A DNA stretch of 64,000 nt, taken from assembly GCA_964035545.1 (NCBI GenBank), contig OZ037766.1, positions 17,881,081-17,945,080 of the forward strand, written 5' to 3'. The translations under genes and the position numbers were made by a program. This document shows positions 1-10,360 of this stretch, piece by piece. Source of the DNA: Bugula neritina (lineage: Eukaryota; Animalia; Bryozoa). Every line of letters begins with the position of its first letter. Within the stretch, counting starts at the first letter, position 1. Below the pieces are notes generated by a model. The model did not search any database. It was not told the DNA's origin and was given only the letters and a program-made list of their open reading frames with translations.

Positions 1-580
1 CAGTGTATTTCAGTATGTTGCAGTATGTTGCAGTGTATTTCTGTATGTTACAGCGTATTTCTGTATGTTACAGTGTATTTCAGTAGTTTGCAACATATTT
101 CAGTAGGTTACCATATATTTTGGTATGTTGCAGCATATTTATATGTGTTGCAGTGTATTTGAATATGTTACGGTGTATTTCAGTATGTTGCAGTATGTTG
201 CAGTGTATTTCTGTATGTTACAGGGTATTTCAGTATGTTGCAGTATATTTCAGTATGTTACAGTATGGTTCAGTATGTTGCAGTATATTTCCGTGGGTTA
301 TAGTATATTTCAGTATGATACAGCGTATTTCAGTATGTTACAGTGTATTTCAGTATGTTGCAGTATTTTGCAATGCATTTCAGTATGTTACAGTGTATTA
401 CAGTATGTTGCAGTATATTTCAGTATGTTATAATAAATTTCAGTATGTTACAGTACATTTCCGTAAATTACACTATACCTCAGTGAGTTGTAGTATATTT
501 CAGTATCTTGCAGTATATCTCAGTATGTTACAGTATATTTCACTATGTTACAGCATATTTCAGTGTGTTACAGTATGTTG

Positions 581-679
581 AGTATATTTCAGTAGTTTGC
601 AACATATTTCAGTAGGTTACCAGATATTTCGGTATGTTGCAGCATATTTCAATGTGTTGCAGTGTATTTCAATATGTTA
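581..679 (+). repeat. 'Head' higher-order module, first copy: 9-bp monomer AGTATATTT + CAGTAGTTTG CAACATATTT CAGTAGGTTA CCAGATATTT CGGTATGTTG CAGCATATTT CAATGTGTTG CAGTGTATTT CAATATGTTA
   Basis: The 9-mer starts at 581, 1110, 2559, 4278, 5757, 6386, 7015, 8564, 11873, 13422, 15671, 18960, 19849, 21668, 23147, 23776, 24225, 25114, 27223, 28772, 32171, 34470, 35949, 36578, 38107, 41176, 44565, 45804, 49143, 50452, 52381, 53688, 54177, 54805, 55434, 57793, 59072, 59701, 60330, 62689 and 63978, each followed by the CAGTAGTTTGCAAC run. Confidence 0.93.
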
Positions 680-1109
680 CAGTGTATTTCAGCATGTTGC
701 AGTATGTTGCAGTATGATGCAGTATGTTTCAGTGTATTTCTGTATGTTACAGTGTATTTCAGTATCTTGCAGTATATTTCAGTATGTTACAGTATGTTTC
801 AGTATGTTGCAGTATATTTCCGTGGGCTATAGTATATTTCAGTATGATACAGCGTATTTCAGTATGTTTCAGTGTATTTCAGTATGTTGCGGTATTTTGC
901 AATGCATTTCAGTATGTTACAGTGTATTTCAGTATGTTGCAGTATATTTCAGTATGTTACAATAAATTTCAGTATGTTACAGTACATTTCCGTAAATTAT
1001 ACCATACTTCAGTGAGTTGTAGTATATTTCAGTATCTTGCAGCATATCTCAGTATGTTACAGTATATTTCAGTATGTTACAGTATATTTCAGTGTGTTAC
1101 AGTATGTTG

Positions 1110-3960
1110 AGTATATTTCAGTAGTTTGCAACATATTTCAGTAGGTTACCAGATATTTCGGTATGTTGCAGCATATTTCAATGTGTTGCAGTGTATTTCA
1201 ATATGTTACAGTGTATTTCAGTATGTTGCAGTATGTTGCAGTATGATGCAGTATGTTGCAGTGTATTTCTGATTGTTACAGTGTATTTCAGTATGTTGCA
1301 GTATATTTCAGTATGTTACAGTATGTTTCACTATGTTGCAGTATATTTCAGTGGGTTATAGTATATTTCAGTATGATACAGCGTATTTCAGTATGTTTCA
1401 GTGTATTTCAGTATGTTGCGGTATTTTGCAATGCATTTCAGTATGTTACAGTGTATTTCAGTATGTTGCAGTATATTTCAGTATGTTACAATAAACTTCA
1501 GTATGTTACAGTACATTTCCATAAATTACACTATACTTCAGTGAGTTGTAGTATATTTCAGTATCTTGCAGTATATCTCAGTTTGTTACAGTATATTTCA
1601 GTGTGTTACAGTAAATTTCAGTATGTTACAGTGCATTTGCAGATATTACACTATACTTCAGTGAGTTTTAGTGTCTTTCAGTATGTTGCAGTATATTTAA
1701 GTATGTTGCAGTATTTTGCAATATATTTTAGTATGTTACAGTGTATTTCAGTACGTTGCAGTATATTTCAGTATGATACAATAAATTTCAGTGTGTTACA
1801 GTACATTTCTGCAAAATACACTATACTTCAGTGAGTTGCAGTATATTTCAGTATCTTGCAGTATATCTCAGTATGTTACAGTTTATTTCAGTATGTTCCA
1901 GTATATTTCAGCGTGTTTCAGTATATTTCAGTATGCCACAGTGCATTTTTAGATTTTTCACTATACTTCAGTGAATTTTAGTGTCTTTCAGTATGTTGCA
2001 GTATATTTCGGTATCTTGCAACTTATTTCAATGTGTTGCAATGTATTTCAATATGTTACAGTGTATTTCAGTATGTTGCAGTATGTTGCAGTGTATTTCA
2101 GTATGTTACAGTGTATTTCAGTAGGTTTCAGTATCTTGCAGTATATGTCAGTATGTTGCAGTATATTTCAGTGGGTTACAGTATATTCCAGTATGTTCCA
2201 TTATGTTGCAGTATATTTCAGTATGTTGCAGTGTATTTCAGTATGTTACAGTGTATTTCAGTATGTTGCAGTATGTTGCAGTGTATTTCTGTATGTTACA
2301 GCGTATTTCTGTATGTTACAGTGTATTTCAGTAGTTTGCAACATATTTCAGTAGGTTACCATATATTTCGGTATGTTGCAGCATATTTCAATGAATTGCA
2401 GTGTATTTCAATATGTTACAGTGTATTTCAGTATGTTGCAGTATGTTGCAGTGTATTTCTGTATGTTACAGGGTATTTCAGTATGTTGCAGTATATTTCA
2501 GTATGTTACAGTATATTTCAGTATGTTACAGTATATTTCAGTATGTTACAGTATGTTGAGTATATTTCAGTAGTTTGCAACATATTTCAGTAGGTTACCA
2601 GATATTTCGGTATGTTGCAGCATATTTCAATGTGTTGCAGTGTATTTCAATATGTTACAGTATATTTCAGTATGTTGCAGTATGTTGCAGTATGATGCAG
2701 TATGTTGCAGTGTATTTCTGATTGTTACAGTGTATTTCAGTATGTTGCAGTATATTTCAGTATGTTACAGTATGTTTCACTATGTTGCAGTATATTTCAG
2801 TGGGTTATAGTATATTTCAGTATGATACAGCGTATTTCAGTATGTTTCAGTGTATTTCAGTATGTTGCGGTATTTTGCAATGCATTTCAGTATGTTACAG
2901 TGTATTTCAGTATGTTGCAGTATATTTCAGTATGTTACAATAAATTTCAGTATGTTACAGTACATTTCCATAAATTACACTGTACTTCAGTGAGTTGTAG
3001 TATATTTCAGTATCTTGCAGTATATCTCAGTTTGTTACAGTATATTTCAGTGTGTTACAGTAAATTTCAGTATGTTACAGTGCATTTGCAGATATTACAC
3101 TATACTTCAGTGAGTTTTAGTGTCTTTCAGTATGTTGCAGTATATTTAAGTATGTTGCAGTATTTTGCAATATATTTTAGTATGTTACAGTGTATTTCAG
3201 TACGTTGCAGTATATTTCAGTATGATACAATAAATTTCAGTGTGTTACAGTACATTTCTGCAAATTACACTATACTTCAGTGAGTTGTAGTATATTTCAG
3301 TATCTTGCAGTATATCTCAGTATGTTACAGTTTATTTCAGTATGTTCCAGTATATTTCAGCGTGTTTCAGTATATTTCAGTATGCCACAGTGCATTTTTA
3401 GATTTTTCACTATACTTCAGTGAATTTTAGTGTCTTTCAGTATGTTGCAGTATATTTCGGTATCTTGCAACTTATTTCAATGTGTTGCAATGTATTTCAA
3501 TATGTTACAGTGTATTTTAGTATGTTGCAGTATGTTGCAGTGTATTTCAGTATGTTACAGTGTATTTCAGTAGGTATCAGTATCTTGCAGTATATTTCAG
3601 TATGTTGCAGTATATTTCAGTGGGTTACAGTATATTCCAGTATGTTCCATTATGTTGCAGTATATTTCAGTATGTTGCAGTGTATTTCAGTATGTTACAG
3701 TGTATTTCAGTATGTTGCAGTATGTTGCAGTGTATTTCTGTATGTTACAGCGTATTTCTCTATGTTACAGTGTATTTCAGTAGTTTGCAACATATTTCAG
3801 TAGGTTACCATATATTTCGGTATGTTGCAGCATATTTCAATGAATTGCAGTGTATTTCAATATGTTACAGTGTATTTCAGTATGTTGCAGTATGTTGCAG
3901 TGTATTGCTGTATGTTACAGGGTATTTCAGTATGTTGCAGTATATTTCAGTATGTTACAG
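1110..3960 (+). repeat. Tandem duplication within the satellite, period 1449 bp
   Basis: Rare variants CAGTTTGTTA, GTGAATTTTAG, GTTCCATTATG and CAATGAATTG recur 1449 bp apart. The ORF track shows the same offset (1253/2702, 1971/3420). Confidence 0.88.
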
Positions 3961-5756
3961 TATGTTTCAGTATGTTGCAGTATATTTCCGTGGGTTATAG
4001 TATATTTCAGTATGATACAGCGTATTTCAGTATGTTACAGTGTATTTCAGTATGTTGCAGTATTTTGGAATGCATTTCAGTATGTTACAGTGTATTTCAG
4101 TATGTTGCAGTATATTTCAGTATGTTACAATAAATTTCAGCATGTTACAGTACATTTCCGTAAATTACACCATACTTCAGTGAGTTGTAGTATATTTCAG
4201 TATTCGGCAGTATATCTCAGTATGTTACAGTATATTTCAGTATGTTACAGTATATTTCAGTATGTTACAGTATGTTGAGTATATTTCAGTAGTTTGCAAC
4301 ATATTTCAGTAGGTTACCAGATATTTCGGTATGTTGCAGCATATTTCAATGTGTTGCAGTGTATTTCAATATGTTACAGTGTATTTCAGCATGTTGCAGT
4401 ATGTTGCAGTATGATGCAGTATGTTTCAGTGTATTTCTGTATGTTACAGTGTATTTCAGTATCTTGCAGTATATTTCAGTATGTTACAGTATGTTTCAGT
4501 ATGTTGCAGTATATTTCAGTGGGTTATAGTATATTTCAGTATGATACAGCGTATTTCAGTATGTTACAGTGTATTTCAGTATGTTGCAGTATTTTGCAAT
4601 ATATTTCAGTATGTTACAGCGTATTTCAGTATGTTGCAGTATATTTCAGTATGTTGCAGTATTTTGCAATATATTTTAGTATGTTACAGTGTATTTCAGT
4701 ACGTTGCAGTATATTTCAGTATGATACAATAAACTTCAGTGTGTTACAGTACATATCTGCAAATTACACTATACTTCAGTGAGTTGTAGTATATTTCAGT
4801 ATCTTGCAGTATATCTCAGTATGTTACAGTTTATTTCAGTATGTTCCAGTATATTTCAGCGTGTTTCAGTATATTTCAGTATGCCACAGTGCATTTTTAG
4901 ATTTTTCACTATACTTCAGTGAGTTTTAGTGTCTTTCAGTATGTTGCAGTATATTTCGGTATCTTGCAACTTATTTCAATGTGTTGCAATGTATTTCAAT
5001 ATGTTACAGTGTATTTCAGTATGTTGCAGTATGTTGCAGTGTATTTCAGTATGTTACAGTGTATTTCAGTAGGTTTCAGTATCTTGCAGTATATTTCAGT
5101 ATGTTGCAGTATATTTCAGTGGGTTACAGTATATTCCAGTATGTTCCAGTATGTTGCAGTATATTTCAGTATGTTACAGTGTATTTCAGTATGTTGCAGT
5201 ATGTTGCAGTGTATTTCTGTATGTTACAGCGTATTTCTGTATGTTACAGTGTGTTTCAGTAGTTTGCAACATATTTCAGTAGGTTACCATATATTTCGGT
5301 ATGTTGCAGCATATTTCAACGCGTTGCAGTGTATTTGAATATGTTACAGTGTATTTCAGTATGTTGCAGTATGTTGCAGTGTATTTCTGTATGTTACAGG
5401 GTATTTCAGTATGTTGCAGTATATTTCAGTATGTTACAGTATGGTACAGTATGTTGCAGTATATTTCCGTGGGTTATAGTGTATTTCAGTATGATACAGC
5501 GTATTTCAGTATGTTACAGTGTATTTCACTATGTTGCAGTATTTTGCAATGCATTTCAGTATGTTACAGTGTATTTCAGTATGTTGCAGTATATTTCAGT
5601 ATGTTATAATAAATTTCAGTATGTTACAGTACATTTCCGTAAATTACACTATACCTCAGTGAGTTGTAGTATATTTCAGTATGTTGCAGTATATCTCAGT
5701 ATGTTACAGTATATTTCAGTATGTTACAGCATATTTCAGTGTGTTACAGTATGTTG

Positions 5757-7014
5757 AGTATATTTCAGTAGTTTGCAACATATTTCAGTAGGTTACCAGA
5801 TATTTCCGTATGTTGCAGCATATTTCAATGTGTTGCAGTGCATTTCAATATGTTACAGTGTATTTCAGTATGTTGCAGTATGTTGCAGTATGATGCAGTA
5901 TGTTGCAGTGTATTTCTGATTGTTACAGTGTATTTCAGTATGTTGCAGTATATTTCAGTATGTTACAGTATGTTTCACTATGTTGCAGTATATTTCAGTG
6001 GGTTATAGTATATTTCAGTATGATAGAGCGTATTTCAGTATGTTACAGTGTATTTCAGTATGTTACAGTATGTTTCAGTATGTTGCAGTATATTTCCGTG
6101 GGTTATAGTATATTTCAGTATGATACAGCGTATTTCAGTATGTTTCAGTGTTTTTCAGTATGTTGCGGTATTTTGCAATGCATTTCAGTATGTTACAGTG
6201 TATTTCAGTATGTTGCAGTATATTTCAGTATGTTACAATAAATTTCAGTATGTTACAGTACATTTCCGTAAATTATACCATACTTCAGTGAGTTGTAGTA
6301 TATTTCAGTATCTTGCAGCATATCTCAGTATGTTACAGTATATTTCAGTATGTTACAGTATATTTCAGTGTGTTACAGTATGTTGAGTATATTTCAGTAG
6401 TTTGCAACATATTTCAGTAGGTTACCAGATATTTCGGTATGTTGCAGCATATTTCAATGTGTTGCAGTGTATTTCAATATGTTACAGTGTATTTCAGTAT
6501 GTTGCAGTATGTTGCAGTATGATGCAGTATGTTGCAGTGTATTTCTGATTGTTACAGTGTATTTCAGTATGTTGCAGTATATTTCAGTATGTTACAGTAT
6601 GTTTCACTATGTTGCAGAATATTTCAGTGGGTTATAGTATATTTCAGTATGATACAGCGTATTTCAGTATGTTACAGTGTATTTCAGTATGTTACAGTAT
6701 GTTTCAGTATGTTGCAGTATATTTCCGTGGGTTATAGTATATTTCAGTATGATACAGCGTATTTCAGTATGTTTCAGTGTATTTCAGTATGTTGCGGTAT
6801 TTTGCAATGCATTTCAGTATGTTACAGTGTATTTCAGTATGTTGCAGTATATTTCAGTAGGTTACAATAAATTTCAGTATGTTACAGTACATTTCCGTAA
6901 ATTATACCATACTTCAGTGAGTTGTAGTATATTTCAGTATCTTGCAGCATATCTCAGTATGTTACAGTATATTTCAGTATGTTACAGTATATTTCAGTGT
7001 GTTACAGTATGTTG
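5757..7014 (+). repeat. Two tandem 629-bp higher-order units (related 628-629 bp units at 23147, 35949, 54177, 54805, 59072 and 59701)
   Basis: 9-mer markers at 5757, 6386 and 7015, with identical module order including CTGATTG, CACTATGTTG, two GTGGGTTATAG modules and TACCATAC. Confidence 0.88.
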
Positions 7015-7423
7015 AGTATATTTCAGTAGTTTGCAACATATTTCAGTAGGTTACCAGATATTTCGGTATGTTGCAGCATATTTCAATGTGTTCCAGTGTA
7101 TTTCAATATGTTACAGTGTATTTCAGTATGTTGCAGTATGTTGCAGTATGATGCAGTATGTTTCAGTGTATTTCTGTATGTTACAGTGTATTTCAGTATG
7201 TTGCAGTATATTTCAGTATGTTACAGTATGTTTCAGTATGTTGCAGTATATTTCAGTGGGTTATAGTATATTTCAGTATGATACAGCGTATTTCAGTATG
7301 TTACAGTGTATTTCAGTATGTTGCAGCATTTTGCAATATATTTCAGTATGTTACAGCGTATTTCAGTATGTTGCAGTATATTTCAGTATGTTACAATAAA
7401 TTTCAGTATGTTACAGTACATTT

Positions 7424-7960
7424 CCGTAAATTACACCATACTTCAGTGAGTTGTAGTATATTTCAGTATCTTGCAGTATATCTCAGTATGTTACTGTATA
7501 TTTCAGTATGTTACAGTATATTTCAGTGTGTTACAGTAAATTTCAGTATGTTACTGTGCATTTGCAGATATTACACTATACTTCAGTGAGTTTTAGTGTC
7601 TTTCAGTATGTTCCAGTATATTTAAGTATGTTGCAGTATTTTGCAATATATTTTAGTATGTTACAGTGTATTTCAGTACGTTGCAGTATATTTCAGTATG
7701 ATACAATAAATTTCAGTGTGTTACAGTACATTTCTGCAAATTACACTATACTTCAGTGTGTTGTAGTATATTTCAGTATCTTGCAGTATATCTCAGTATG
7801 TTACAGTTTATTTCAGTATGTTCCAGTATATTTCAGCGTGTTTCAGTATATTTCAGCATGCCACAGTACATTTTTAGATTTTTCACTATACTTCAGTGAG
7901 TTTTAGTGTCTTTCAGTATGTTTCAGTATAATTCGGTAACTTGCAACTTATTTCAATGTG
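7424..7960 (+). repeat. Cassette X (example copy): four CAC(C/T)ATACTTCAGTG modules spaced 140/170/140 bp, with markers TTTAAG, TACGTTG, CTGCAAA, TTAGATTTTT and CAACTTATTT
   Basis: Modules at 7434, 7574, 7744 and 7884. The TTAGATTTTT marker occurs about 26 times across the window. Confidence 0.85.
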
Positions 7961-9639
7961 TTGCAATGTATTTCAATATGTTACAGTGTATTTAAGTATG
8001 TTGCAGTATGTTGCAGTGTATTTCAGTATGTTACAGTGTATTTCAGTAGGCTTCAGTATCTTGCAGTATATTTCAGTATGTTGCAGTATATTTCAGTGGG
8101 TTACAGTATATTCCAGTATGTTCCAGTATGTTGCAGTATATTTCAGTATGTTGCAGTGTATTTCAGTATGTTACAGTGTATTTCAGTATGTTGCAGTATG
8201 TTGCAGTGTATTTCTGTATGTTACAGCGTATTTCTGTATGTTACAGTGTATTTCAGTAGTTTGCAACATATTTCAGTAGGTTACCATATATTTCGTTATG
8301 TTGCAGCATATTTCAATGTGTTGCAGTGTATTTCAATATGTTACAGTGTATTTCAGTATGTTGCAGTATGTTGCAGTGTATTTCTGTATGTTACAGGGTA
8401 TTTCAGTATGTTGCAGTGTATTTCAGTATGTTGCAGTATATTTCAGTATGTTACAGTATGTTTCAGTATGTTGCAGTATATTTCAGTGGGTTATAGTATA
8501 TTTCAGTATGATACAGCGTATTTCAGTATGTTACAGTATATTTCAGTGTGTTACAGTATGTTGAGTATATTTCAGTAGTTTGCAACATATTTCAGTAGGT
8601 TACCAAATACTTCGGTATGTTGCAGCATATTTCAATGTGTTGCAGTGTATTTCAGTATGTTGCAGTATGTTGCAGTATGATGCAGTATGTTGCAGTGTAT
8701 TTCTGATTGTTACAGTGTATTTCAGTATGTTGCAGTATATTTCAGTATGTTACAGTAAATTTCAGTATGTTACAGTGCATTTGCAGATATTACACTATAC
8801 TTCAGTGAGTTTTAGTGTCTTTCAGTATGTTGCAGTATATTTCAGTATGTTGCAGTATTTTGCAATACATTTTAGTATGCTACAGTGTATTTTAGTATGT
8901 TGCAATATAATTCAGTATGATACAATAAATTCCAGTATGTTACAGTACATTTCCATAAATTACACTATACTTCAGTGAGTTGTAGTACATTTTGGTATCT
9001 TGCAGTATATCTCAGTAGGTTACAGTATATTTCAGTATGTTGCAGTATATTTCAGCATGTTTCAGTATATTTCAGTATGTCACAGTGCGTTTCCAGATAT
9101 TACACTATACTTCAGTGAGTTTTAGTGTTTTTCAGTATGTTGAAGTATGTTGCAGTGTATTTCAGTATGTTACAGTGTATTTCCGTAGGTTTCAGTGTCT
9201 TGCAGTATAATTCAGCATGTTGCAGTATATTTCAGGATGTTGCAGTATGTTTCAGTATGTTACAGTATTTTGCAGTATTTTGCAGTATAGTTCAGTGTGT
9301 TACAGTATATTTCATTATGTTGCAGTATGTTGCAGTATATTTCAGTAGTTTGCAACATATTTCAGTAGGTTACCATATATTTCGGTATGTTGCAGCATAT
9401 TTCAATGTGTTGCAGTGTATTTCAATATGTTACAGTGTATTTCAGTATGTTGCAGTATATTTCAGTATGTTACAGTATGTTTCAGTATGTTGCAGTATAT
9501 TTCAGTGGGTTATAGTACATTTCAGTATGATACAGCGTATTTCAGTATGTTACAGTGTATTTCAGTATGTTGCAGTATTTTGCAACATATTTCAGTATGT
9601 TACAGCGTATTTCAGTATGTTGCAGTATATTTCAGTATG

Positions 9640-10360
9640 TTACAAAAAATTTCAGTATGTTACAGTACATTTCCGTAAATTACACTATACTTCAGTGAGT
9701 TGTAGTGTATTTCAGTATCTTGCAGTATATCTCAGTATGTTACTGTATATTTCAGTATGTTACAGTATGTTTCAGTGTGTTACAGTAAATTTCAGTATGT
9801 TACAGTGCATTTGCAGATATTACACTATACTTCAGTGAGTTTTAGTGTCTTTCAGTATGTTGCAGTATATTTCAGTATGTTGCAGTATTTTGCAATACAT
9901 TTTAGTATGCTACAGTGTGTTTTAGTATGTTGCAATATATTTCAGTATGATACAATAAATTCCAGTATGTTACAGTACATTTCCATAAATTACACTATAC
10001 TTCAGTGAGTTGTAGTACATTTTGGTATCTTGCAGTATATCTCAGTAGGTTACAGTATATTTCAGTATGTTGCAGTATATTTCAGCATGTTTCAGTATAT
10101 TTCAGTATGTCACAGTGCGTTTCCAGATATTACACTATACTTCAGTGAGTTTTAGTGTTTTTCAGTATGTTGCAGTATGTTGCAGTGTATTTCAGTATGT
10201 TACAGTGTATTTCAGTAGGTTTCAGTGTCTTGCAGTATAATTCAGCATGTTGCAGTATATTTCAGGATGTTGCGGTATGTTTCAGTATGTTACAGTATTT
10301 TGCAGTATTTTGCAGTATAGTTCAGTGTGTTACAGTATATTTCATTATGTTGCAGTATGT
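9640..10360 (+). repeat. Cassette Y (example copy): paralogue of X with the same 140/170/140 spacing and markers CAAAAAATTT, CAATACATTT, ATGCTACAG, AATTCCAG, TTTTGGTATC, GTCACAGTGC, CAGGATG and CATTATG
   Basis: Modules at 9683, 9823, 9993 and 10133. The CAGGATG marker occurs about 16 times, e.g. 9233, 10263, 14091, 29461, 49572 and 63118. Confidence 0.85.

Noticed and set aside
961-966. AATAAA polyadenylation signals and TATA-like words (CAATAAATTT, CAGTATAATT)
   Set aside because: These are 1-2 substitution variants of CAGTATATTT, amplified with the array. There is no gene context to support a regulatory role.
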